Of a DNA stretch of 64,000 nt, positions 33,998 through 49,300 are shown piece after piece. Each line of letters starts with the position of its first letter. The first letter of the stretch is position 1. The notes beneath the pieces were generated by a model. The model saw only the letters and a list, made by a program, of their open reading frames with translations, was not told the origin of the DNA and did not search any database. Origin of the DNA: Chrysomallon squamiferum (taxonomy: Eukaryota; Animalia; Mollusca); contig CM022675.1 of assembly GCA_012295275.1 (NCBI GenBank), positions 9,052,001 through 9,116,000 of the forward strand, given 5' to 3'. Position numbers and translations under genes: made by a program.

Positions 33998-35885
33998 AAT
34001 GGTGATGATGATGATAAATAAATAATAACAATAGTATTAGTATTACTGGAAAGAATAAAATAATAATAATAATAATTATAATAAGAAGAAGAAGAAGAAG
34101 AAGAAGAAAATTTTTTAAAAATTATGTTAAGAAAATAACAGTATTAATATTAGTAGTGGAAATAAAATAATAATAATAAGAAGAAGAAGAAGAAGAAAAA
34201 GAATTTAAAAAAAAGGATAAGGAAAAAATAAAAAAATAAATTAAACATTATTATTCCTGTTCACTTAAGTATGATTAATTAGAAAACCTAATAGAAGAAG
34301 AAGAAGAAGAAGAAGTAAGTTTTAAAAATTATGATGCAGTAGTAGATGAGATATAGTGTAGAAGTTAACTCCTTTGTTTTTTCCCGTTACAGCCAGCATA
34401 ACACAAATACATCAAAACCATCACTTGGTAAAGGAGCCTACATAACTTAGTTTGTTGTTAATGTGAACTTTGTAAGGATGGTGGGGGTATTTAATTTCCT
34501 ATCACATATATCATTTTCACATCTAGTGATTACCATTATAAAAATACAAGTTTTACTAATGACTTTAAAAGTAAAAAAATATTTTATATCTGATGATTAT
34601 ACATGTAAAAATATAACTTTTACATATACTGACCATATATAAAAGTATACGTTTTATAATTAACGATCATAAGTGTAAAAAATATAACTTTTACATCTAA
34701 TCATCACAGATAAAAAAACAAAAAACTATATATATGTCCATTCATGTTATATACGAACTAGATTATGTAATTATTCAAATAAAGATGTAGTGGGACAAAT
34801 GTATTTGATTTAATAAAGACACACACACACACACACACGAAATAAATAATAATAATAACAATAATAAATAGTTAATTTTATTAATTAGAACCTTGAAACA
34901 ATTTTTTTTTATTTTTTTTATTCATCAGCTTTAAGATGAAATAAAAATCATAAACAAAATTAATAATTATTTTCATTTTATTATCAGTACTATTATAATA
35001 GTAGTAGTAGTAGTAGTAGTAGTAGCAGCAGTAGTAGAAATATACAGGAAATATATATACTGTTTCTCATGCTTTAAATGAATGATTGTTTTACTTCTTG
35101 CAAGAATAAAAACTAATAAGAAACCTTTTATTGTAAAATGAAAACAAATGTGTAACAAAACTTCAAACTTATTAATAATAATAATTAAGTAAATAAATAA
35201 AAATAATAATAATTTAAAACAGAATTTTTTTAACTGTATCAGTTTGCCATCTTTGAGTCTTTAACATAAAATGTTAGACTAATTTGTTTAATTTTTTGTA
35301 ATTGTCATCTCCAATTTCACTGATCAGTTTAAAAATATAAATTACAAAACAAACATCAACACTAGCATTCAATAAACTTTATATATTACATACATTTCCA
35401 GATTTATCAATCATTTCACAAATCACTGACTAAATGTTCACAAATATGACTTAATTTTTGTTTAATGGAATAAATCTCCGGTTTCACTGATCAGTTTAAA
35501 AATCACTGACTTAACATTCGTAAAATTTACATAAATTTTGTTTAATGGAAAATCAAAGATGATCAGTATTCAAGTACAGACTTCCCTCAATTAACAACCT
35601 GTTTAATGACCTCCAATGATTTTATTACAAATTCTCAGACCAGTGGATACTGTATGCTGTACATATGACAACAAGTTTGCTGTCAAAAGCAAGCATTTCA
35701 TCTCTTGTCACATTTCTGAGTCTCAGTATTTTTTCCGCAGTCAGTATTCACCATGTGAACATTCAAGAATTATGCATGTATTACAGGTATCCTTTATTAT
35801 TAGCAAAGATTGGTGACCTTATAATGATGATTAAAACAGTAACAACATATTTAATTGAATCTGGTATTATTTATATATATTTACA

Positions 35886-35956
<71 letters not shown>

Positions 35957-36027
35957 CAAAATGCATTATTTTAAACATTTTAAATATTTTAAACACTTTT
36001 AAAAACGTCAAATGTTTCAACATCGTT

Positions 36028-39000
36028 TCAGTCGTCATCATCATCACTCTCAATACATTTCCTGTTCAACATCTTCCTCAAAGGGATATGGTCATCGACA
36101 TCTGAATCGGAGTCATCACGCAGCTGTGACAACATCGTGGCTGGAAACGTCTCTATAATAAAACAAGATAAAAAAAAAATTAAAAAATTAAAATGAAAAA
36201 TATCAATTAAAATATGAAATATACTAAATTTGTTTATGATAATTTAAGCTGACAGTGTCAAAGATAATAGATTATTTATTTTAAATTGTTTTTAAATTTC
36301 ATTTTTCAATTTCACAATTCTTTGTTTTTAGAATCAGATGTTTAATTTGTTATTTGATGATTATACTCCTATCAGGATATAAATTTAATTAAGTAAAATG
36401 ATTTTTTAAAGATTACAAAGAAAACAAGCCACAAAAGTTTTAAAATTGGAAATATCTTTGTTTTTCTCTTCAACTTACCTTGACCCTGACCTTGATCACA
36501 AGCTGTTTCACTTTGTGCTTGACCTTCACCATCACTCTTATCTTGAGTATGACCTTCACTATCACTCTTATCATTATCATGACCTTCATTATCACTCTTA
36601 TCATTATCATGACCTTCACTATTCACTCTGACCTTGACTTTCACTCTTATCTTGAGTATGACCTTCACTATCACTCTTATCGTTATCATGACCTTCACTT
36701 TCACTTTTATCTTGAGTATGACCTTCACTGTCACTCTTATCTTGAGTATGTCCTTCACTGTCACTCTTATCTTGAGAATGACCTTCACTATCACTATGAC
36801 TTAGACCTTCACTTTCACTCTTGTTATCATGACCTTCACTATCACTCTTATCTTGAGTATGACCTTCACTATCACTTTTATCTTGAGTATGACCTTCACT
36901 ATCACTCTTATCATTATCATGACCTTCACTGTCACTCTTATCTTGAGTAGATCCTTCACTGTCACTCTTATCTTGAGAATGACCTTCACTATCACTCTGA
37001 CCTTGACTTAGACCTTCACTTTCACTCTTATCTTGATCATGGCCTTCACTTTCACCCCGACTGTGACTTTCACTGTCACTCTTATTTTTATCATGACCTT
37101 CACCCTCATCATCACTGTCATCAGAATTGAAGAGTTTGGGACGTTTGCTTTGTGGCTTTCTGCATTCTTCTTCATCTTCATCAACAACCAAACGGTCATC
37201 ATCACTGGAGAAAGAAAGAAAAATAAATAAATAAAAATAAAAATAATAATAATAAAAATTTAATTAATAAATTATGTTTAATTTTAAATAAAAATTATAT
37301 TAAAAATAAAAATAATTAAATTCATCATATTACTATTCTGTACTGTACTATCATTTTATTTTATATATATATAATACACCCCCAAAATATAGATTAAAAT
37401 GCAAAAATCAAAATCTTTAACAATAAATAAATAACATGTTTGAACAAAATAGTTAAAATAATTTTTATCAGTTTGTTCATACATAAATAATACAAAAAAA
37501 AAAAGTATCAAAAAAAAACAATTATTTAGAAACAATAAAAAAAAACAAAAAAAAAAAAAAAATAATAATAAAAAAAAAAGAAAAAAAATCACTGGGACTT
37601 GAAAACTGGTTTATATTGAAAAATACCAACAAGAAAAACAAAAAAAAACCATTAATTAGAATTTGTTTATATAAATAAAATTTATTTAGACATTATTCAT
37701 TTTTTAAACATAGAATCAATTAAAAAGAAAATCTCTTAAAAACAACACAATTTATAACACTTCTGCAACCAAGAATTATTCAAATTTAATAACAAAACCA
37801 AAGAATTCCAAATATTTTTTACATTTCACTTATATTATACTATTTATAATTACGAAATAAAAGTTCAATATTTCACCTGTCACTGTCTGATTCTATCAAT
37901 CTTTTTAAACTCGCTGTTTTCTTTTTCTTTGGTTCTCTATCAACAGTTAATGTCTGTGATGTGATCATCTCACTGTCTGGAATTTTATCTTCATTCTCTG
38001 CTGATGAAGACTGTCTGTAAATGATGATAATGATGATGATGATGATAAAAGCAATAACAGTAATAATAATAATAAAAGAAATAATAGTAATAATATCAAT
38101 AATAATAATAGTAATAACAACAATAATAATAGTAATAATAGTAATAATAATAGTAATAGTAACAATAATAGTAATAATAATAATAGTAATAACAATAATA
38201 ATAATAGTAATAATAAAATTATAATAGGAATAATAATTATAATAATAATAATAATAATAGTAATAATAACAATAATAGGAATAATAATAACAAAAACAAT
38301 AATAATAATAGTAATAACAATAATAATAATAATAATAATAGTAATAACAACAATAATAATAGTAATAATAATAGTAATAATGATAATAATAAAAATAATA
38401 GTAATGACATTATATTGATTATGAAGAACAATAACAATAACAACAACTGTAATAATGATAATATTGATAATGACATGATAATAATAATAAATTAAAATAT
38501 ATTAACAATAACAAGAACTATAAACATGATGATGATGATGATGATGATGATGCTGGTATTCAGAATAATGTTATTAAATAATACAGCTTGATAAGAGTCT
38601 TCAGTAAGAGAAAATTCTCACTCAAGTGAATCATATTTAACTGTACTGTGAACAACTTTGTTATTATTACTTTTGGTTTTCATTTAATATTTAACTAAAT
38701 GAATTATCTTTGAAATCAACCTCACTAGTTCTAAGCCTTTCGAGGAAGATTTTGGATAAGGGATAATTCACCAAGTTTTCCCAATCCAGCCAACCTCCTC
38801 CTCACCCCTCACCCCAAAAATATAATAATATTAAAAATGAAAAAAAAAAAAAAAAATTCAAACTCTAATATTCTTATTCTACCAAATTAAGATTATTTGA
38901 ATCACTGTTTCTTGTTTTGGCTCACTCACCTTTCATCATCTGAGTCTACCAGTCTCATCAATTTTGAAGATTTTTTGTTCTTTTTCTTCGAAGCTGATTT

Positions 39001-41087
39001 TATATCTGTATTTCCATTTTCAACAACAGTTGGTGTGTTTTCATCATCCATTGGAGACAAACTTAAAAAAAAAAAAAAAAAATAAAAAAAAAATAATAAT
39101 AATAATAATTAATAAATATAATTAAAAAAAAAGAAGAAAAAAGACACATACATTTAAAAGATCCCTTGCTACAAATGTGAAAGACACCCATGTAAAACAG
39201 CATAGTTTTATTCTTAAATAATATAACCATGGTATCTAATAGTTTCTTTTCCTTTAAATAGTATTATTACAAACAAACAGATACCTGGTAATGCTTAATA
39301 TAAAAATATTTTATGATGCTATATAAAAAAACCAAAAAATAAAAGAACAAAAAAACCTACAAATTATTACAGTACTAGATAAAAAAAAAATATATATATA
39401 AAAATTTCAAGCTCCTAATTAACAAAATTAAGAAGATATAATTTACTATTTATTATTTATCAAAGTTATTTGATTCACCTTTCATCATCTGAATCTATGA
39501 CTCTCTTCAATTTTGAAGATTTTTTGTTCTTTTTCTTTGAAGCTGATTTTATTTCTTTATTTCCATTTTCAACAACATCATCCAGTGGAGGCAAACTTAA
39601 AAAAAAAATAAAAATAAATAAATAAAAAAATAATAAATAAATATAATTAAAAAAGAAGAAGAAAAAAGATAAACACATTTAAAAGATCCCTTGTTACAAA
39701 TGTGGAAGAACACCCCATACAAGACAGTACAGTTTTTTTCTTAAATAATATAACTTGATATCTAACAGTTTCTTTTCCTTTACTTAGTATTATTACAAAC
39801 AAACATACCTTATAATGCTTAATATAAAAATATTTTTTAGTGATAAAAAAAAACTACGCACACAAAACTCCTCCCAAATTATTATGGTACTAGATTAATA
39901 AATTTTTCTTGTTCCTAATTAACAAAATTAAGAAGTTATGATTTACTATTTGTTACATTTTTAAAAAAAAATTAAAAAAAAAGGAATCAAAGTTATTCTA
40001 ACAAATAAGGAATATTTGAATCACTGTTTCCTGTTTTTAAATATAATTAAAAAGAAAAAAAGAAAAAAAAAGAGATACACATTTACAAATGTTGAAGACA
40101 CTCCATGTAAAACAGCATAGTTTATTCGTAAATAATATAACCTGATATCTGCTTCTTTTCCTTTAAATAGTACAAACAAACGTACCTTCTAATGCTTGAT
40201 ATAAAAATATATTTTTTTAAAACCCCCACAAAACCCCCCCACAAATTATTTGGTATAGGATTAAAAAAAATGTCTTGTTCCTAATTAATAAAATTAAGAA
40301 GTTATGATTTACTATTTATTACATTTTTTAAAAAAATAAAAAAAAGGAATCAAAATTATTCTGAAAAATAAGGAATATTTGAATCACTGTTTCCTGTTTT
40401 GACTCACCTTTCATCATCTGAATCAATGACTCTCTTTGATTTTGAAGATTTTTTGTACTTTTTCTTTGAAGCTGATTTTATTTCTTTATTTCCATTTTCA
40501 ACAACATCATCCAGTGGAGGCAAACTTAAAAAAATAAAAATAAATAAAATAAAAATAATAATAAATAAATATAATTAAAAAAGTAGAAGAAAAAAGACAC
40601 ACACATTTAAGAGATCCCTTGTTACAAATGTGGAAGAAGACCCCATGCATGACAGTACGGTTTTTTCTTAAATATTATAATCTGATATCTAACAGTTTCT
40701 TTTCCTTTAAATAGTATTATTACAAACAAACATACCTTATAATGCTTAATATAAAAATATTTTTTAAAAAAAAAAAAAACACAAAACCCCCCGCAAATTA
40801 TTATGGTACTAGATTAATAAATTTTTCTTGTTCCTAATTAACAAAATTATGAAGTTATGATTTACTATTTGTTACATTTTTAAAAAAAATAAAAAAAAGG
40901 AATCAAAATTATTCTAACAAATAAGAAATATTTGAATCACTGTTTGCTGTTTTGGCTCACCTTTCATCATCTGAATCTATGAGTCTCTTTGATTTTGAAG
41001 ATTTTTTGTTCTTTTTCTTTGAAGCTGATTTTATTTCTTTATTTCCATTTTCAACAACATCATCCAGTGGAGACAAACTTAAAAAAA

Positions 41088-41128
<41 letters not shown>

Positions 41129-43474
41129 ATATAATTTAAAAAGAAGAAAAAGAAAGACACACACATTTAAAAGATCCTTTGTTACAAATAACAACAGCAT
41201 AGTTTATTCATAAATAATATATCCTGGTACCTAACAGTTTCTTTTCCTTTAAATGGTATTACTACAAACAAACAGATACACTGTAATGCTATAAAAATAT
41301 TTTATGGTGCTATAAAAAAAAAAAAAAAAAAACCCAAAACCATTTAAATTATTACAGTACTAGATAAAAAAATATATATATAAAAATTTCAAGCTCCTAA
41401 TTAACAAAATTAAGAAGATATGATTTACTATTTATTATTTTTTTATTTTAATTTTTTCAAAGTCTAATCAAAGTTAGCTGGCAAAAGTAGGAACTTTTGA
41501 ATCGCTGTTTCTTGTCTGGACTCACCTTTCATCATCTGAATCTACCAGTCTCTTCAATTTTGAAGATTTTTTCTTCTTTTTCTTCGAAGCTGATTTTATT
41601 TCTTCATTTTCATTTTCAACAACATCATCCAGTAGAGACAAACTTAAAAATAATACTAATAATAATAATAAATAAACATAATTGAAAAAAAAAATAAAAA
41701 TAGATACACATTTACAAATGTGGAAGACACCTCACGTAAAACAGCACAGTTTATTCTTAAATAATATAACCTGATATCTGTTTCTTTTCCTTTAAATAGT
41801 ATTATTACAAACAAACATACCTTCTAATGCTTAATATAATAGGTATATCAGATAATACTAATCTTCTTAAAAAAAAATTTTGAAAAAGTAATCAAAGTTA
41901 TTCTGAAAAATAAGGAATATTTGAATCACTGTTTGCTGTTTTGGCTCACCTTTCATCATCTGAATCGATGACTCTCTTCAATTTTGAAGATTTTTTGTTC
42001 TTTTTCTTTGAAGCTGATTTTATTTCTTCATTTTCACTTTCAACAACAGTTGATGTGTTTTCATCATCCATTGGAGACAATCTGAAATAATAAAAAATAA
42101 AAAAATAAAAAAATAAAACTAATTTAAAAAAAAAATAATTAAAAAAATAAATAAGACACACACACAGACATACAGACAAAGCCAGACAACGCCAGACAGA
42201 CACAGATTTGCAGATACTGAAGTTAACAGGTTCAGTCATCTTTTATAATCAAAATGTTTACAAGAAGTTCAAAATAAAAAATCTTAAAATAGCAAAAAAA
42301 ATCCTTCCCTTGTCCTACACCATGTACTAATAACTGGAATCAGCAACTTTTTTTTTAACCCTTCTTCAGTCAAGGTCACACAAGGGATATTACACTCCCC
42401 CCACCAAAAAGGTCTTAACTGACCATTTTAGCAATCTCAGAATCTAATATAGGTTAAGGAACAGATAAATAGACATCAATTCATTCATATTTTAACCTTG
42501 GATGTTTTTCTGCTCTATCCAGAGAATCCGAATCTCTTCTTTTTCGTTTTCCTTCTTTTCTTTTCTTCAACAACGTCTGCAACATCTTCCTTCGCTCTTC
42601 CGATTTTTTCTTCTTTGATTCTTTCTCTTTCCTTTCGTCTGCTTTTCGTTTCTTGTCATTTTTCTTGTTTTTTTCAGAATCGTTGCGAGATTTTTTCGCT
42701 TTTGTCTTTTTTATTGTTTTAATTTTAATTTTTTCTGCTGTGACTGGTTCTCCTGACTCATCAAGGACAAGACCGTCTGCCACATTTCTCAGATCTGTCA
42801 CAGACAAATCTGTTGGAATTCTCCAAAATGCTTCCTGGAAGTAAGTAAACAACATTTCATAATAAATAAATAAATATTACTTTGCAGTTATTATATTTAC
42901 ATTTATATATATACATACTCTTGAAATTATTTTCTAGGTCTCAAAACCATTATGAAAGAAGGAAAGAAAAGAAAGAAAGATACAGCAAAAATTAAAAGAA
43001 AGAAAGAAAATGTAAAAATTAAATAAAATTTAGAAAAAAAAAAATAAAAACACAAACAAATAATATACTAAATATTACCAAAAAACTCCTAATAAAATTT
43101 AAATTATATTTTATTAATTAGTTAATTATTATATTATGATTTTTAGGAACAAATCAACATATTTTAATGTTAATGATATTTTGTGAAAATAGTACAGTGA
43201 TGCATTTAATATAAATAAATGAATAAAGGCATGATACAGAAGCCTGGAGCATTGCTGGAATGGGAAATACATTATTATATTACATTATATTAAATTATGT
43301 TATGCTATGCTATGCTATGCTATGCTATATTATATTATATTATATTATAGTCACCTGTTCATTTGATGGTGGTGAAAGACCAATCATCTGCAAAAAGTCT
43401 GTAAAAACTGAGTCCTCCATTGCAGTTTCATTTTCATCTGATAAGGGTACTATTGGTATTGGTACCAATATACC

Positions 43475-43539
<65 letters not shown>

Positions 43540-45986
43540 AATTCAATTAAAATATTCTGTTAAAGCACAATGTCAAATATCCAATGATTACATCTATAAT
43601 TCTATAATATGTATGTCATAAAACAAATTTTTCCTCTTAATTCCAAAACCTTGTAACTGTAAAATAAAGTTTACTAATGAAGATTACTTATATTTGATTC
43701 CAAATTTGAATTCTTTAACCAAAAAGGAGTCATGTGTTTTTTTTTAATAGTTTATTGACAGAGATTATTTTTATTTCATTTTAAATGTGATCTCTAGTTT
43801 ATTTTTCTAATAGTTTATTTCATACAGGTTACTTACATTTGATTCTACATTAATGTGAACAGACTTCGATGGTTTATTATTAAAAATTAAAAATTAAAAA
43901 AAACACTGTAAAATAAATTCTGCAGACTTAATAATAAAGTAAAACATCTCCATCCATGCTTTTGATTTTTTTTAACAGTCTAAAGAATTTTTTTAATTCT
44001 CCTAGGCTATATTTCCATCATGGAATATCCAAACATTTCATAAAAAAAATTTAAAATTTTTAAAATTAATTTTTATTTTAAGACCCCAAATGGCTATGGA
44101 AAATGTTTAGACACTATTTTTTGCCTTGTCTCTGTTATTTTCTTAAATTCTCAGGCTTCTAACAGATATTTCAGTATTTCATGATTTACCGTCCTTCTCT
44201 CTATCATCAGCAGCTCTTCTCAGTTTTGTCTGAATCCAGCCTATTGGACCTCTGTAACCTTTCCCTACAACGTTCCTGATGCAGTCTGCAGCACTGGATG
44301 TTGGAATTATCTGTCCTGACACATCATCATCGTTGTCGCTGTTGTCATCACTAGAAGGAACATCGTCATCACCATCATCACCGTCTTTGTCACTTTTGTC
44401 TAAAAAAATTAGTAATTGAAATTTAGGGGTAAAATTTGTTATATGAAAAACAGGACATAACATCAGTTCCTTGCAATAAGGAAGTATAAAAGAAAAAGAA
44501 AAACAATAAGAAAATTGTTCTTATGTTACAAAAATAGATAAGAAAGTTAAGGCACACACAAAAGTGAGACTGTAGTATATATTTAGTGAATAAATAAATA
44601 AACAAATAACTATACAAACAAGTACCTAAATAAATATAAATAAACAAATATACAACAAACAAGTACCTAAATAAATAAAGCTAAGTAAATACACAATTTA
44701 AAAGATAAACAACAAATTCATTACATTTTAAGTAAAACTTTTCCATTTAAAAAATAACTGATTAAAATTTTTTTTCAAAGTAATTTTAAAGTTTTTATAC
44801 TTTCTAACATCTTGACAAATTTATTTTTTAATTAACTTATAAAATAAATGTTATTTTTGAACAATGAATTAAATAATAATAATAAGAATAATAATAATAA
44901 TAAGAATAATAATAACAACAATAATAACAGTAAATAATTTCTTTAAAAATGAAAACAATATAAATAATAATTATAACAAATCAATAAAACCTAAAACAAG
45001 TTTTTAAAACAAACAAAAAAATCTTACCACTATCATCATTATCTCCTTTCACAATGAATCCATCTCCTTCATCATACCCATCACCATCATCATCATCAAC
45101 ATCATCATTCTCATCATCACTGCCTTTTTTCTTGCCACGTCGCTTTTTGTACAATTCAGACTTATCCTGGACTAGGCCTGAACTAAGTAATTTTTCAATA
45201 ATTTTATTTTTCGACCTTTTGTGACTGAGTTCGGCTAAAATATTACCAACAGGGTCTGAAATTTGAAAGAATAAAGGTTGAAAAAATAAATAAAATTTAA
45301 AAAAAATGAATGTTTAAGAACATGTATGGCACATTTTAGCTTTCCAGGTATATAGTTTTACACATTTAGTCTATTCTGTTTAAATAAAAGTTTATTATTG
45401 TTGTTGTTGTTGTTATGAATTGTTGAAGTGTTAGTGGTGTATTTCATCCATATTAATGAAATATCATCATCTTCATTTTTAGTGGTTTTTATTATATTAT
45501 TATTGTTGTTGTTGTTATTATTATTATTACTGTTATTATATTATTTTTGTTATTATTACTACTTTTATTAATGTTTTTGTTCTTATGATTGCTGTTGTAT
45601 AATGTTATTGTTATTGTTAATATTACTGTAATTTTTATTGTTGCTGTTTTTATTACTATTATTATTATTGTGGTTATTATCATTATTATTGTTGTTATTA
45701 TTATTATTATTATTATTACTGATACTCTTGTTATTGTTGTCAATATTATTACTGTGATTATTATTCTTGCTATTGTTTTTCTTATTATTATCTTTATGGA
45801 TCCTGTTGTTACTATTATTATTATTAAGTTATTAGGTATCAGCTATTTATTCAAGAAAAGTTCTGAACAACAAACAGTACACTGATAAATGACGTGTAAG
45901 TATTTTACCAGCAGAGTTTTTGTGAGTTTCATACAAATCTGCCAGCTCAAATTCTTCTTCTTCTGTCCATGTTTTAGATGAGCTGA

Positions 45987-46033
<47 letters not shown>

Positions 46034-46286
46034 TAGCAATAATAATATTAATAACAGTAATAATAAGTAAAAATAGTAATAATAACAATAAGAACAATAA
46101 AAAAATATTTAATAATAATAATAATAATAACAGTAGTAAAGTAGTAATAATGATAATAATAATAATGATAATATTAATAATAAAATGGTAATAATAATAA
46201 TAATAGTAATAGGTAATAACAATTATAATAATAACACCTGTAAAAGTTTAAAATTAAAAAAATAGTAAGATTAATGATATTATTAA

Positions 46287-46320
<34 letters not shown>

Positions 46321-49300
46321 GTAATAATAAGAATAGTTGTAATATTAACAATAAAGTAAAATTAATGGTATTAATAATAACAGTAATACAATACATGCAT
46401 TTATGACTGTATGTAAGTTGAAGTTTTGTATGTTCTGATAAATTCAGATACACTTATAATTATCTTTTGTATGTGTAGGTATCTGCTATGTACACATTTA
46501 ATAACATACACTCATGTTTGTTTGTTCTGTCTCTATTGCTGAAAATATACACTATTTGATTACTGACAAATTTGCAATAACACTTAATAACAAAAAGTAT
46601 ATCATTTTGTCAATTTCTCACATTCTGTATAGAACAAAAATCCACATATAACATTATATTTGAGAGGCGAAGCTGATAATTTCCCACATTTTCAGCCAAA
46701 CAAACTCTTGTAATACTTAAACCAACGAACAATAACGAAACCACTTTACAGCGAAAACGCACATCGTGTCCAACATCTTGTACTGGATTTCAATTTTGAT
46801 ACAAGTACACCCATTAACAAGTTGTTTGCAATTATCTGTCTCTTAACCTTTGGGGTGCAACATTTGGCTTGTATTAAATTAAAACAACCGGTTTATGTAA
46901 GAGATTCAAGCACTGAGTGAACGTAACAGGGTTTTTTTTAAACGTAATTTCAGAGTCAAGCACTGAATAAGCAACTATGTGCGTATCATTTTCTTGAATC
47001 AAATTCGACAACTTCCCAGATTCTTCAACAAAACAAGTACTTGTGATACTTAATGCAACTAAATAAAACTAGAACCTACTTGATATGATATACAAATGGA
47101 TGAAGGAAAAAATGTTCTTATGTTGAAGAGATTTTAAAGTATAAATAAACAACTAAATAACACACTGCATATTCTCTGATGGTTGTTTCAATTGTTTATT
47201 ATGTTTCCCATACTTCAAAATTTATTTTATTTATATCTTGCTGAAATTATTACTATTTTCATACAACTGTTGATTTTTTTTTTTTTTTTTCCTTTTTCTT
47301 TTAACCTCATCATTTTCAATAATTTTATTAATATTATTATACATTTAGACACTATACTTTCTAATGTGTTTTATTTATATCTGACCAAAATTTTAAATTT
47401 TCATGCCTTTGTTTAATTTCTTTCTTATTAATTTTTGTTTATTTTAACCTGACAGTTTTTTTTAAATTAATTAACAAAAGAAAAATAATTTTAATGATCT
47501 CAACGTACATTGTTGTTTTTTTCTTTTTCAGATCTTTTGCACTGGAAATAAGGTTCAGTCTCTTCAGCTCACAAATAATTTGACCTCGACGTTTGGTGGG
47601 ATCAGTGAAGCGTTCCATGATCAAATCAACCGTGTCCTTCTCTGAAAATGAAGATTAGTCAAAACAAATTTAAAAATAAAATGAAAGTAAATAAATTAAA
47701 AATTTTGTTTTAAATAAAATCTGATAGAAAACAATTTTTTGAATACAGAAATTATTAATATGTATTTTATTTATATAAATAGTGAATAATTCTATAAAAA
47801 TAATTATTATTATTTGTTTTATTATATCCCCATAATTTATGGGCAAAAATTTTAAAACAATTTTTGAAAAAAAAAATAAAAATAAATAAATCGTCAAATT
47901 TTCTTAAAACAGATATTTACTTAATTTACAAAAAAAATTAGATGGTGCTAAATAAACATCTTTAAAAAAATATATATTATTATACGTATTTTGTTTTTAT
48001 AAATATTCTAAAACCAAGATTTAATATTCTTCCAATCATTGTTAAACATAATTTAATTAATATTTTGAAATAAACAACAACCCCCAACCCAAAAAAAGAA
48101 AAAAATTAAAGAAAAAAAAAAAGGATGGTTAAAAACATATATGAAAACAGAAACACATGACAGACATTCATAATCAGACACACAACAGACATACATAATC
48201 ACAGACACATATTTACATGTCATACCAGGATCTTCGCTGTCTCTGAACATTTCAAATAAATGTAGAAGTTCCTCTTCCTGGTCTTCTGTCCAAGTGCTTT
48301 TTGACTTGCTGCTGTTAAACACAATTAAAACAATCTCTGTAACACATTTTATAATCTTTACCCTCTTTCCAGTTCCAACAAGAGCTCCTTAGTATAACTG
48401 AAGGCAAAATTAAGTGTTTTTCTGAGATAATATTACACTATTTTTATTTGCTAATAACAGTCTCAATAACACCTTTTATAAGCTGTATAATTATTCGAAT
48501 TCCAATGGAGACAAATTGAAGTCAAACTTTAGTGCTTTTCTGGGATAATATTAAATAATGTTTATTGTCGAAAAAAATAATTTGTGAAATGGTGGTCATA
48601 TTGTTAATTCTGATTGATCCACAGGACTTTTCCCATTCTAAACTGAACTCCAAGTCTGAAGTAATGCTTTCTTCTTTATAAAAGATATAAAGGATCATGT
48701 TACTAATCCACTAATCCACTAATCCACATCTGTTACTGGAATGATAACAAGTGTCATCAGTCTTGATTAACTCTCCGATATATTTCCCGTTCCAACCTAC
48801 TTGAGACTGATAATATCAAGTAGCCATGTCATTTTAACAAAATTAAGGATAAAATTTATAACAAAAGAGAAAGAATTAAAAATATTTAAAAAATAATAAA
48901 AACGAAAATTTCAAGTCATCGAAGACAATTATTTTTAACTTGGAACTTGTACAACTTTTCTTCATTTTTTTTTTTTCTGAAATATTTTTGTTTCCTGTAA
49001 TTTTACAGGATTCCGAATAAATTTTAAGATGAAGTTTTGTTTATAATGAATAAAATTTTTACCTGAAAGATCCATATCCATCTGTGAGTTCTAGTGATTC
49101 CTTTTTACCTTTCCAAAACAACATCTCCATGAATATTTTCTTGTTTGCCTCAGCTATTTCAGTAAACTTGCGAATTATGTATGTCGCAAACCTCGCTAGT
49201 TCCTGTAAATAAATAAACAATAATAACTGTTATTATTATTATTATTTAAATAAAATAAATAAATAAATAACTAAATAAATAATAATAATAAATAAATATA

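Noticed and set aside
42481-42496. TIMELESS ending at ...HPRLKYE* as in the ORF track
   Set aside because: A phase-2 donor at 42496 joins downstream exons in frame to a family-typical acidic C-terminus. It remains possible as a minor read-through isoform.
48308-48314. CAGCAG tandem acceptor in a TIMELESS exon
   Set aside because: A common NAGNAG that changes only one Ser; unremarkable.
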